From Eledone cirrhosa (taxonomy: Eukaryota), in NCBI GenBank assembly GCA_964016885.1, contig OZ024752.1:6200001-6264000 (forward strand): a stretch of DNA of 64,000 nt, read 5' to 3'. The translations under genes and the position numbers were made by a program. The notes beneath the pieces are model-generated. The model had not been told where the DNA came from. It was given only the letters and a program-made list of their open reading frames with translations, and made no database searches. Positions 39,247 to 53,140 of this stretch are shown one piece after another (position 1 is the first letter of the stretch; every line of letters starts with the position of its first letter).

Positions 39247-39990
39247 TTAAACTGAAAGTTCGGTGTACGCAGCTTCCAAATCGTCACACAAAACTTGGTA
39301 TTTATCTTTCTCGGCTTGTATTTCCGCTTCCAGCCTATCCATTTCACCCTCCAGTCGGGTCACGTTTGCCTCAGCTGTGGACGCTCGCATTTCAGCTTCA
39401 CTCAATTTTTCCTGGTTTGTCTCTTCTTTCACGCTCTTCAGTTCAAGCATCTCCTCACTACGAGTGATGTCCATTTCTTGGACTTGAATACGACGATGGA
39501 GAGCTTGAATTTCGGCCTCAAGTTCGGACACTTTCTGCCCAGAGGTATTCAAACGCTCAGTTGTGTTATCGAGTTTACTAGTCACATCATCTAGATCTTT
39601 CTCCGTGTTAGTGTGTGCTTTCTGAAGCCATGTCAATTCTTCTTCCGTTTTTTCCTTAGCAGCATAGCAATCCTTTACCTTCTCCAACTCATTCTGAGCA
39701 TTGTCCAATTCCTGTTCCAAGATAGCATATTTCTTTTGCTGCCACACAATCTCATCGTCAAGTTTGTTTTTCACTTTCTCGATGTCCTGTATTCTTTCCA
39801 ACTCCTGTGATACATTATCCAGTTCGTTTTCTAAGCTGACGTATTTCTTCTGCCATGCTGACAAATCTTGTTCCAGTAAGAATTTAGCTTGCTCTGCATC
39901 CTTAAGCTTCTTTTCAAATTCGTCTGATTTTTCTTTAGCTGTCTCCGCCTCAAGGCGAAGAGATTTCATTTTCTGCTTGCAAACATCCAT
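39247..39990 (-). CDS. Tropomyosin-like coiled-coil protein, 247 aa, uninterrupted CDS
   Basis: N-terminus MDVCKQKMKSLRLE (cf. MDAIKKKMQ), central EAEIQALHRRIQVQEMDITRSEE (cf. [23 protein letters not shown]) and C-terminus EAEMRASTAEANVTRLE...EKDKYQVLCDDLEAAYTEL. It has continuous heptads, no proline, and a good start context (aaccATGg). Confidence 0.9.
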   Translation of the reverse strand: MDVCKQKMKSLRLEAETAKEKSDEFEKKLKDAEQAKFLLEQDLSAWQKKYVSLENELDNVSQELERIQDIEKVKNKLDDEIVWQQKKYAILEQELDNAQNELEKVKDCYAAKEKTEEELTWLQKAHTNTEKDLDDVTSKLDNTTERLNTSGQKVSELEAEIQALHRRIQVQEMDITRSEEMLELKSVKEETNQEKLSEAEMRASTAEANVTRLEGEMDRLEAEIQAEKDKYQVLCDDLEAAYTELSV

Positions 39991-39997
39991 GGTTGAT

Positions 39998-40471
39998 CTG
40001 AAACTGTTACGATTCGCAAGAAAACTTTTTTATTCTGAACTAATGGGAAATATATATACAGAAATATATATACACAGAACTTAGATATATATATATATTC
40101 TCTTTGCTTGAGGAATAGTAAAATTGGGGAGAGTGTTAAGTTGGATTAGATGTTTTTCCTTCCCCTAAATATTTTTCTTTCTCGACTCAAGCACTTCCTG
40201 ACTTCACTGCCCGCTGCTAGCTGTAAACAGGCACACACGCACACACAACTAAACCAAAGCTAGCCTGACGAAGATAAGATGGAATGAGATACAGACAGTT
40301 AAAGAAGACGCTATGTCTGGTTGGCTGGTTGGTTTAGCAGGGTGGCAGGGTGGCGGCTTGGTTAGCTGGCTGATTAGCAGGTTAATAAGAGAGGGGGGAA
40401 AGTCTGAAGATGCCAGGGTTATTCGATGATGCTGGGAGGTATAGTGAGAGGGATTAAAAGAGTGTGAGAGG

Positions 40472-40564
<93 letters not shown>

Positions 40565-40572
40565 GCACTTAC
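39998..40572 (-). other. Predicted 5'-UTR intron of the tropomyosin-like gene
   Basis: Minus-strand acceptor gtttcag| lies 7 nt upstream of the ATG (39998), and a donor |gtaagt lies at 40572. Confidence 0.5.
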
Positions 40573-40756
40573 ACACAAACTTGTTAACGGGCAGCAGTTG
40601 AAGGGAGATAACTCATTGTGCCAAATATTTACAGGAATGTATATTAAGGGAGAAAGAGAGTGAGAGCAAGAAAAAAAGAAAAAAAGAAAGAGAGTGGGGA
40701 AAGAGAAATATTTTAGAAAGTAACAGAGAAACTGCGTGGAAGAGAGAGGGAGATGT

Positions 40757-40832
<76 letters not shown>

Positions 40833-40914
40833 ATTGTATTATAGAATAAAATGACAGCAGGCCGGATAGTTTGAATTCTTACAAATTTTTATTTCTGAAA
40901 ACACAAAATGTAAA

Positions 40915-41685
<771 letters not shown>

Positions 41686-41795
41686 GGGTTCAATCAGGGG
41701 TAACCACAGTAAGTAAAGTACTCAATACATAGCAGAGTATAAATATTTAATTTGATGATTTCCTTCGAATGAAACAGTTCTGGACCTGTAGAAGC

Positions 41796-41913
<118 letters not shown>

Positions 41914-41944
41914 GTTAGATAGATATATAACCAGGTTTCGTTGT

Positions 41945-42712
41945 GGCGGCGGTGGTGATGATGTGTTGGTGGTGGTGATGGTGGTGGTGATGGTAGTAGT
42001 AGTGATGGTGGTGGTGGTGGTGGTAGTAGTGGTGGCGGTGATGGTGGTGGTGGTGATAGTAGTGATGGTGGCAGTGGTGGTGGTAGTAGTAGTGATGGTG
42101 GTGGTAGTAGTGATGGTGGTGGCAGTGACGGTGATGGTGATGGTGGTGGTAGTAGTAGTGATGGCGGTGGTGGTGGTGGTGGTGGTAGTAGTGGTGGCGG
42201 TGATGGTGGCAGTAGTGGTGGTAGTAGTAGTGATGGTGGTGGTGGTGGTGGTAGTAGTGGTGGCGGTGATGGTGGTGGTGGTGATAGTAGTGATGGTGGC
42301 AGTGGTGGTGGTAGTAGTAGTGATGGTGGTGGTAGTAGTGATGGTGGTGGCAGTGGCGGTGATGGTGATAGTGGTGGTAGTAGTAGTGATGGCGGTGGTG
42401 GTGGTGGTGGTAGTAGTAGTAGTGATGGTGGTGGCGGTGGGGGTGGTGGTAGTAGTGATGGCGGTGATGGTGGTGGTAGTAGTGATGGCGGTGATGGTGG
42501 TGGTGGTGGTAGTAGTGATGGTGGTGGTGGTAGTAGTGATGGTGGTGATGGTGGTGGTGGTGGTGGTAGTAGTGGCGGCGGTGATGGTGGTGGTTGTGGT
42601 GGTGATAGTAGTGATGGTGGCAGTGGTGGTGGTGGTGGTGGTAGTGATGGTGGTGGTGGTGGTGGAAGTAATAGTGATGGTGGTGGCAGTGATGGTGGCA
42701 GTGGTGGTAGTT
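41945..42712. repeat. (GGT/GAT/AGT)n trinucleotide tract with internal higher-order duplication
   Basis: Directly visible. Confidence 0.93.
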
Positions 42713-42829
42713 ACTGTAAAGTTGCTATATTTCCACCATCGTTGACATTTTTTCAACCAATCCACGTTACAGTGATGTCGTGTAAACTGCTGTATTTAGT
42801 CTTACATAGAATATAGAAGGTGTTAATTA

Positions 42830-44230
42830 GATATTTAGTGGTGCTGGGGATTACATCAGAGATTGTGGGAGTATTGCCAAGAGATATATTTCTGTTGTGT
42901 AGACCCCCACGTTCCTCGGGACCTACTGTGGAAGGTTCTGCAGGAGTTTGTTATTGATGGTCAGCTTCTTGCTGCCCTGATGTCACTATATGAAGGTTAA
43001 CTTTGCCTTTCATCCTTACGGGGTCGATAAAATAAAGTACCAGTAATACACTGGGTAATTGCTGGCCTTGTGCCTAACGTAGAAACAACTATATGAAGGC
43101 CCAAGTATAAATGGTACTAAATTGAAACCATTCAATGTGGAAGTTGGACTCCACCAAGGATGCGTACTGTCACCTCTCCTGTTCATTATTTTCATGAACA
43201 GGATTGACATACACAGCCAGGTTGGAAGTGGTATCACGACTGGCAGGTGTATAATCACTCTGTTAAAATTAGCAGACGACATGGTATTACTTAACTGGAC
43301 AGAAGGTGATCTCTACTTGCACTTGATAGGTTTGATGCCAAGTGTTGCAGGGCTTGAATTAATATTAGTGTTGCGAAAACTAAGACACGCATTCTCTCAA
43401 GGATGCCTACGCAGTGTACTCTACGTCGGAAGGGAGTTCCACTGAAGCAGGTGGAGAAGTTCAAACATCTCGGAGCCATGTTCACGAATGATGGAAGGCA
43501 GGAGGCTGAATTAAGTGCAAGAATTGCAGGAGCTGGTGCAGTGATGCGAGCTGAAAGAAGTCCCAAACTTCTTAGTAATCTGAAACATCATGGCGGAAAC
43601 GTCCTCATCTTCGAGGATGAAAAGAAGTTCGTTGTAGACAAAGTTACAAACCGTCAAAACTCACGAGTGATGGCGTGCGACCCTTCCTAAGTTCCTTCAG
43701 CTATGCATAGCAAGAATCCGGCTTCCATTATGGTCTTTGGAGCTGGTGCAAATGATGGGAAATTGATGCCTCCTCATTTAAGTTAAGCAGGTCGTAAACT
43801 CGCTTTCTCCAATTCAGTATTCGTGCCAACCCGTACCTATGGTCATGAATCTTGGGTAATGACCGAAAGAATAGGATCGCGAATACAAGTGGCCGAAATG
43901 TGGTTCCTCTGAAGGGTCTTTGGAGTAACGTTACTTGATAAAGTGTAGCTCGGAGATGAGAGAGTCACTCCAGGAAGAGCCGCTACTTCTCCGAATTGAG
44001 GGATTACAGCTCTGATACTGTGGACATGTGGTTAGAATATTTCAGGAAAGAATCGCTGGACAGATTTTACAGGCACAACTAATCGGCAGAAGACCCAGAG
44101 GTAAACCCCGAGCAACATGGTTGGATAACATTCGTGAGTTTGTCACGCTTAGGGATCCAGTTGGATCAGTTAGAAACAGTTGCTTCTAAGAGGACCCGCT
44201 GGAAGGAGTGTTTAAAAGATTTCCAGCGCT
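42830..44230 (+). mobile_element. RTE-type LINE RT remnant with SINE insertion (42995-43090) and Tc1/mariner fragment (~43552-43793)
   Basis: Motifs GLHQGCVLSPLLFIIFMNRI, LADDMVLL and QVEKFKHLG. The insert IFEDEKKFVVDKVTNRQNSRV...KNPASIMVFG...DGKLMPPH is Tc1/mariner-superfamily transposase. The SINE is flanked by repeated actatatgaagg. Confidence 0.88.
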
Positions 44231-44234
44231 TAAG

Positions 44235-44992
44235 TGGCACAAAAATGACAAGGTCCTTTATTTCCGTTATAGGGTCTAGCTTTAACTAAGATCTCCCAGT
44301 GTAACCTATATCGGATATTGTTGTTTTAAACTCCAAATATAGATCGAAAGATAAGTCATATTCCTTCTTAAAGGGTTTCGAAATGAATGTGTGTGCATGT
44401 ACAGACGTGGCTTAAATCTATTGGCAGTTAACCTTGTGTAAACCTTACTAGTAGTGGGTGTATCGACCTTGTATTTATAAACTATATTGCTTGGTAGGCA
44501 TTTTCAGGATAGAGGGCAGTAGCCCCTGTTGATACAATTGCAGCTAGAACTAAGTTCAGGCAATTTAGATAAATTAGATGCAATGATGTTGTGTGCGCCG
44601 TTGAGAATTGTGGAAAAAAATATTTTAACAGTGTTTCTATTAAAAAGCTTGTGGTATTTATGTGCTAAGGGGAAATGCTTCCTAATTAAAACAAGGAAAA
44701 CTTTAGCTATTGGTGTGGCCACTTCCATATAACGTGTCTAGATCTATTTTTCTTAGTTTTGTGCTCTACCTTATCTAGAAATCCGCTCCGAACTAGAGCT
44801 TCATTGTAATATGTGGAATGGTCAGTGAAAAATATGATCGATATCTGATAAACGTGAAAGCCTCAATGAGACGTTTTTGACCAGATTTTTAGCTATGATG
44901 GCTGGATGGTTAGGATGCTTTCTAATGTAATCTAACATACCATTAGGCTTTCTATGCGGGTAGTACAAGCCGTTCGACATATTGAATGTTGC
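44235..44992 (-). mobile_element. Penelope-like (GIY-YIG) retroelement ORF remnant
   Basis: Motifs YYPHRKPN..LDYI..HPNHP..I.KNLV..VS.RLSRLS, FL.LI.KHFP..HKYHKLFNRNTVKI and SCNC.NRG.CPL correspond to the RT thumb and Cys linker preceding GIY-YIG in PLEs. Confidence 0.85.
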
Positions 44993-45048
44993 GCACACAC
45001 ACACGCACACACACACGCACACGCACACATATGCACACATATATATTT

Positions 45049-45113
<65 letters not shown>

Positions 45114-45214
45114 CAACTATGGGTTAACTAGCCTCACTAAGTGAGGTCAACCAGGAGGTCAACCAGGGAGGGGTTTCTCCAACAGGAGTGAGAAGGCCCA
45201 GGATTGGTTATATA

Positions 45215-45262
<48 letters not shown>

Positions 45263-45522
45263 AGGGAGTTACCAGTTAGATTAGTAAGACTATAAATATC
45301 ATTTCGACATGAAAACACACATGTGCACGCACACATATATACACACACATACACACACTGATATATACACACATACATACACACATACACACACATATAT
45401 ATATACATACATACACATACACACATACACACGCACATATATACATACATACACATACACACATACACACACACATATATATACACACAAACACACACAC
45501 ATATATACATACATACACATAC

Positions 45523-45553
<31 letters not shown>

Positions 45554-45847
45554 TACATACACACACACATACACATACACACACACACATACACAAACGC
45601 ACACACATATATACACACACATGATAAGTATTTCTACTTTTGGCACAAGGCTAGCAACTTCAATCGACCCCAGTACGTGACTGGTATACCACAATAATAA
45701 CTACTAAACAAACGGTCAACTATTTTATTGGCTGTCATCAGGGTTAATAAAATATTTCAGTTCATTTTTAACACACTTTCTATCTTTCTGATCATTTCCT
45801 GGTGGAATAAAAGAAAACTAGAATACAACAGCACTGTGCCTCTCCAG

Positions 45848-45944
<97 letters not shown>

Positions 45945-46109
45945 GTAGATCCACAACAGAAGCAGACTCTACTATTATATATATATATATATATATATAT
46001 AACTCTCTCTCTCTCTCTCCATATATATATATGTGTATATATAGAATAGAATGGAAGCATCTTAGCTACCATAAGACACACACACACATATATATATATT
46101 TACCGCCCC

Positions 46110-46176
<67 letters not shown>

Positions 46177-46268
46177 AAAATAACAGGAGGTTGGACTGGT
46201 GTAATTCCTTGAAAGAGTGACCAGTTCTATCCAGTGGTAAACCAACAAACCTATATATATATACCACC

Positions 46269-46299
<31 letters not shown>

Positions 46300-46920
46300 T
46301 CTCTCTCCCCCTCTCTCTCTCTCTCTCTCAGCCAATCAAATTTAACCTTCATCAACCTAAACGACGCTGCTGCCATGTTGGCCACCTGTTGGCGGCTCGG
46401 CCGCTTTCTTTCGTTCGCCAAAAATGAAGCTGAAAGCTAAAATATGTGTGAAATCTGTATGACTAGCTATCTGTATCAGTCGAACAGCTGTAGGTGTTGC
46501 TGCCCTAACTAGTCCATTGGAAGTTGCTGCACAAGCAGAGTTAGAGAAGAAGATTCTCTCCACACAAACTGCACCATCTACAGCAATACCAAGCAGACGA
46601 TAACAACAGACTTGTATGATGAGAAGTCACATGACACACTACTGATTGTTCAGGAAACAGTCATCACCCCTCCCCCCTCATACTACTTCCCTCTTCCTTC
46701 CTTCTTTCCTTCCTTCTTTCCTTCCCTCTTCCTTCCTTCTTTCCTTCCTTCTTTCCTTCCTTCTTTCCTTCCTTCTTTCCTTCCTTCTTTCCTTCCTTCG
46801 TTCCTTCCTTCTTTCTTTCCTTCCTTCCTTCCTTCCTCCCACTGAAGCCGAGTCAATAGAAAAACATTTTTACATAACGTTTTGTATATCTGCTTATGTC
46901 ATTATATATATATGTGTATG

Positions 46921-46959
<39 letters not shown>

Positions 46960-46976
46960 TGACTTATTCTTCATGT

Positions 46977-47025
<49 letters not shown>

Positions 47026-47121
47026 TGTGTGTGTGTGTGTATGTGAGTGCATGAATGCAGAATATATATATATATGGGTGTGTGTGTGTGTGTGTGTGTG
47101 CATGAATACCGATTTATATAT

Positions 47122-48190
47122 ATACTAGCAGAGGTACCCGGCGTTGCTCGGGTATTAAATAGCAGTTATGTATACCATTTATGTCAATACTTCAATACTG
47201 CTTCGAAGACTATACTTTTACAAAATCATCGGCTTTTTCCAAAAGGGGGTTCCTGCCCCCAGGGGTCCCCTACTCAATATGTGCCAATTCTGAGAGTTCA
47301 CATTCATCTGTAGGACAAACGTAGCCCATGTGTCAATTTTTTTTTAAATCGGTTGCGAACTCAAGAAGTTATGACGCTTTGTTGCATTGCACTGCAGTGC
47401 TTCAGTCGACTCCAAGGAAGTGGTTAAAGGGGGTTATCTGCCGGGAGTCCCTATAATCAATATCTGGAAAAATGAAAGTGCCCATGACCATCCGGAGTAC
47501 ATAAGTAACCTATGTCTTAAGTTTGGTGAAAATACTGTAGAAATGCATAAGGTTTATACACGCGCGCGCTCGTGTGTGTGTGGGGGGGGGGTATGCATTT
47601 GTGTGTGCGTATGTATGTGTATGTCCGTCGGGGCATACGTATGTACTGGCCTAAATCTTCACTATTTACTTTTACTATTTTAATAACCTCTGTCATTTTC
47701 GTTTTCAATTTTATTTACATCATTCTTAAACTCCGGGGCTGGAAATCATTCTGTTATGTTAATTAGAATATTAGTCTAACGACTCCATTTACACCATAAA
47801 CTTGGTCTTGTCTTTGCATGAAATTGTTCTTCTCGCTCCACATAACGACGTATTATCCTCGCTTTTTTTTCCGTTCATTGCCAGGGAACGTCTTCACGAA
47901 CCAAAATATCGTCTTCCTGTTTTCGTTCGGTTGGAACGTTTCTCGAAATATTTACTTCTGCGTTCACAGATTACTCTCAGTTCAACTTGAATGGGAAATT
48001 CCTGTTTCGTCGATTTTCTCCGTAACCATGGAAGCTTGTACCCTAAAAGTCGACCCAACGCCTCCTCGGATCATTCTGCATAACTGTGTAAATTTTCGCT
48101 GCATTCCACCAAGCCGATTCGACGTTTATCCGACTACACCTACTTACTTAAATATACAACGTCCGACCACTTCCAATTTATATAGTAGAT
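47122..48190 (+). mobile_element. Helentron/HINE-like non-autonomous element
   Basis: 5' actagcagaggtacccggcgttgctcgggt (hairpin acccg/cgggt) and 3' tttatatagtagat termini, inserted in AT repeats. Confidence 0.55.
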
Positions 48191-48213
48191 ATATATAAAC
48201 ATGAAATATAAGT

Positions 48214-48258
<45 letters not shown>

Positions 48259-48284
48259 GAATAAGTCAACACACACACACTTAG

Positions 48285-49290
48285 ATAGATATATTTCTTT
48301 ATTTGCCACAAGGGCACACAAGAAAAGGGGACAATACAAAGACATGCCGGGGATTTTACATACAGTCGTGTAAAAAATATAAAAACAAACAATTACAACA
48401 ATCGAAATCCCCAATAGGGGGGAGGCCCCACAAATGGGTTGTTTAATACCCCGTCGATAGAACAACCCTCAACTGCAGGAGCGTGTTGTGCAAGTGCTCC
48501 TTTCTTCCTTTTGCTCTCCTCCTCAACCTACAGGCTTATAAACAGAGAAGGCCCAATCACTCGGGCCATTTTCGCTTCATTCACCCACCTTTCGGTAAAT
48601 TTACTGGGGTGCAGTACTTCTCTCTCCACTCTGATTCTCCTTCTAAAGTGATACTTAAAGAAGGGAATCAATTGTTGTCCGGAGGGAAAGGCATCTGTCC
48701 TCAGTCCTCTCAATCTCGTCCACCATATAACTTCTTTCACCATAGCCACCGTACAGAGGAAAACCGCCTCTCTTTCGTTTTTGAAAGAGGCTGGCGCTTT
48801 GATCCTTACTATGGACTCGGCAGTCAACTGGATTTGTCCCATACGCGACAGCAGTTGTTCTGCATAGTTCCACAGGTCGGTTACGCCCGGGCAGTGTACA
48901 ATTGCGTGCAGAACTGTTTCAATGTCCTGCGCGCATCTTGGACACGTCCTCTTGGAAGGATCCCTGCCGGGGCGTCCGTGCCTGTAGATCTTGTCACGAA
49001 CCGGTAGAGCTCCTCGGTAACACTGCCAGGCCAGGGACCTCTGGAAGTTGTCCATAGGTCCCGGGCGGAAAGTCCTACCAAACAGACTGGTGAGTTCATC
49101 GTCTTCGGGGCCAGAGCCTCTCTGAGCACGTCGTCGCCCTTGTAATGTACAATCCCTCTATAGAATATCGAAGTGGGGTCTCCACTGATTGTTGTGCCCG
49201 CTTGCCAGAGGACTGTGAGCGCCTGAGCACATTCTATGTGCCAGGCGCCCATCGTTTTCGGTCTTTTCTTGACCCAGGACTGCAGCTCCG
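48285..49290 (-). mobile_element. L1/Tx1-like LINE ORF2 3' fragment with CCHC zinc finger and 3' UTR
   Basis: AWQCYRGALPV...CPRC.QDIETVLHAIVHC is a zf-RVT-like motif; the tail ends aataaagaaatatatctatct. Confidence 0.85.
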
Positions 49291-49429
49291 TCAAAAGAAG
49301 CGACAGTGACGATAACGACATGAATAAGTGTAATGAGTGTAAGAAGTGTAATGACAGTTTGTCAACCGTAGAAACAATGTCAGTGGCTGGTGTAACTATA
49401 ATCTGTATAATTACTATCACAACAAAAGT

Positions 49430-49617
49430 CATTTCTACTTTTGGCATAAGGCCAGCAAATATCCAGTGCATTACTGGTACTTTATTTTATCGACCCCGTA
49501 AGGATGAAAGGCAAAGTTAACCTCGGTGGGATTTGAACTCAGAATGACAAGGGCCGTAACTCTATGCGTCAAAGCATGGCGTCCGACCCTCTACCGATAC
49601 TGCCAATCCACCGCCCT
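49430..49617 (-). mobile_element. tRNA-derived SINE, major family, near full length
   Basis: Both head and body are present. Confidence 0.9.
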
Positions 49618-50004
49618 TCAATAATATAATTAAGACAGTATCATTAAGACACCAATACAAGGAAATTAGAGTGGACACTTATACGTTGAATAGTGAATTA
49701 AACGATTCCGTGTAGGTGGAAAATTTGATTTTCCGGCTCCGGACCAATACAGTAGTTTCTGCGACTCCATCTGTTAGCGGCAATACAAATGGAACTACCG
49801 TGCACAGAAATTGGGTAATGTTATTAACTCTTCAGCATCTAAACTGGCTGAATCCAGCCACAATTCTCTCCCCTCTTTCTTTTCAAACCGGCTGTAACTG
49901 ACCCCTTATACTTATGTTAAGGTATTGTTCTCAACATAAATAATATCAAAATCTCAGATTCGATATTATGTGAGATATTTATGTGAAATAAAGTATGTAC
50001 CGTG

Positions 50005-50222
50005 GAAATACAATAGTATATATAGAGTAATGTAAATGGTATGTGAGATATTATGTGAGGTAAAGCCTTTACTGTGAAAATACAATAGTATATATAGAGT
50101 AATATAAATGTTATGTGAGGTAAAGCCTTTACTGTGAAAATACAATAGTATATATAGAGTAATATAAATGTTATGTGAGGTAAAGCCTTTACTGTGAAAA
50201 TACAATAGTATATAGAGAGTAA
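50005..50222. repeat. 60-bp tandem repeat, ~3 copies
   Basis: ttatgtgaggtaaagcctttactgtgaaaatacaatagtatatatagagtaatataaatg. Confidence 0.9.
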
Positions 50223-50557
50223 TGAAAATTATTACGTAATTGGCTAAGACGTTGCGTCATCAGTGGGGAATTAACCCCTCTGGAACAAGTCAGATATCAA
50301 CACACTACGATATACACTCGAGCTAGAGTGTCACGTGACTTGATACCTAAGGGAAGATAATCTGGTTCTAACTATTCACAGAGGGCACAGTGGCACGTAT
50401 TCAAATTGAAAAAAAGAAAAAATGGGTCATGAAGCACTCAATCAGGGCTGCCATAGAGAAAGCAAAGACATAATTGAAAATAATTAAAAAAGAAATAATT
50501 AATAAGATCAACTTACAATAATATATGTATGTTCATATGTGTGTGTACATATATCTG

Positions 50558-50614
<57 letters not shown>

Positions 50615-50829
50615 ATGGATTGAGAGGGACGAGGCTGAGTGGTTACTGATAACGTGTGTTAGAAAAGGGAACACAAACAAGAGATAGCCATTTTCCCTTC
50701 ATCAGTTGTCTACGACGGGTCACGGATGTTTCAACGCATTTTAGACAATACATCTATCCGTAGCGTGCCTATAACTTATTATCAACAAGTTATGAGGGAA
50801 AGAAAAGACGATAGAAAGAAAAGGGGCGA

Positions 50830-50840
50830 TATGTATGTGT

Positions 50841-50874
<34 letters not shown>

Positions 50875-50972
50875 ATATATATGTATATATATGTGTATGT
50901 ATATATATGTGTATGTATATATATATATATACATATGTATATATATATATGTGTATGTATATATATATATAC

Positions 50973-51022
<50 letters not shown>

Positions 51023-51123
51023 ATGTATATATATATATATATACATATGTATATATATATATATATGTGTATGTATATATATATATGTGTATGTATATAT
51101 ATATATATATATATATACATATG

Positions 51124-51154
<31 letters not shown>

Positions 51155-51337
51155 GTATATATATATATATATATGTGTATATATATATATATGTGTATAT
51201 ATATATATATGTGTGTATATATATATATATGTGTGTATATATATATATATGTGTGTATATATATATATATATGTGTATATATATATATATATATGTGTGT
51301 ATATATATATATATGTGTGTATATATATATATATGTG

Positions 51338-51370
<33 letters not shown>

Positions 51371-51373
51371 GTG

Positions 51374-51407
<34 letters not shown>

Positions 51408-51772
51408 TATGTGTGTATATATATATATAGATATGTGTATATATATATATATATATGTGTATATATATATATGTGTGTATATATATATATATATGTGTGT
51501 ATATATATATATATAGATATGTGTATATATATATATATGTGTATATATATATATATGTGTATATATATATATATGTGTATATATATATATGTGTGTGTAT
51601 ATATATATATGTGTGTGTATATATGTATATATATATGTATATATATGTATGTGTATATATATATATGTGTATATATGTGTGTATATATATATATATGTGT
51701 ATATATATATATATGTGTGTATATATGTATGTGTATATATATGTGTGTATTTATATAATATGTATATATATA
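50830..51772. repeat. (TA/TG)n compound microsatellite
   Basis: Directly visible. Confidence 0.95.
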
Positions 51773-52540
51773 ATTTACAGGTAAGTGCTTTTTAGTACGA
51801 AAGATTTGGCCCTCAAGTTACTAGTATAGTTGCGTAGTTACAAAGTGTGTGTATTTGCGTATGTGTTCGTGTGTGTGGTCATGTGTGTTGGGGATATGTG
51901 TGTGCGCGTGTGTGTGGCGGGTATGCGTGTGCGTTTCAGTATGTCTGTGCATGTGTGTGTGCCACGTATAAAATGCAGTAACCAGAAATGATAAATTGAG
52001 ATCGTCAAAGTCCAAACGAAAAACAACAGTGCAAGGGAGATAACTCAATCACCCACGAATTAAAGTTTTAGCAAATAAATGACAATACAATGTGAGATCT
52101 TGTCTGATAGTTTCAGCTCAATATACATACATACATACATACATACATACATACATACATACATACATACATACATACATACATACATACATACATACAT
52201 ACATACATGGTGGCTGCCAACTCGTTTTCGAGTACGGCCACTACTTTATATCCATGTAGGAGAACCTCTACCGATACGCTCAACGAGTGTGACTTTTTAG
52301 TCCAGCCAGCGACTTGAAAACTCTGGTACAAACACTACACCTGTGACAATTATTGACACATAGTGCTGGGCCATGGTACCATGTGATGACAAGTGCAGAG
52401 AGATCTCCAGATATAAAGCAATGCCTGTGCCGTGAAGCTGTTATAGTGAACAAAGGCACTGCACAAAGCCAGTCCCACTCTCTTAACCAAGATGATATTT
52501 ACCAAAAAGAAGAACATACATACATACATACATACATACA

Positions 52541-52572
<32 letters not shown>

Positions 52573-52624
52573 CACACACACATACAGGGGTGCACAGGAC
52601 AAAGGCGACGAAACATGATTATTA

Positions 52625-53140
52625 TTTGAGTTCAAATCCCGCCGAGTTTAACTTTGCCTTTCATCCTTACGGGGTCGATAAAATAAAGTACCAGTAATGC
52701 ACTGGGTAATTGCTGGCCTTGTGCCATAAGTAGAAACAATTATTATTATTCTCCCTGTATTGCCGTTCATCCATACGGGGTCGATAAATAAAGTACCAGT
52801 AATACACTGGTGTCGATTTAATAAACTTCCCCCCTCCCCCAAATTTGTTAACCTTGTGTCTAAATTGAAATCCATTATTCTCACTGTCAAACAATTTCGA
52901 CTTTATCAATATATATTATTATACACTGACGGTGGATTGGCAGTGGAATCGGTAGAGGGTCGGACGCCATGCTAGAGTTACGACCGTTTATGGTCTGAGT
53001 TCAAATCCCGCCGAGGTTAACTTTTCCTTTCATCCTTACGGGATCGATAAAATAAAGTACCAGTAATGTACTGGGGTCGATTTAATCGACTTTCCCCTCG
53101 CCCTCAAATTGCTGGCGTTGTGCCTATTGTAGAAACAATT
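52625..53140 (+). mobile_element. Cluster of major-family SINE copies
   Basis: Three gtcgataaa(a)taaagtaccag bodies; the copy at 52930-53140 retains its head. Confidence 0.88.

Noticed and set aside
46440-46660. Possible histone H2A-like pseudogene
   Set aside because: The resemblance is vague; no diagnostic H2A motif could be read in any frame.
49540-49617. tRNA gene
   Set aside because: A and B boxes are present but there is no cloverleaf; it is the tRNA-derived head of a multi-copy SINE.
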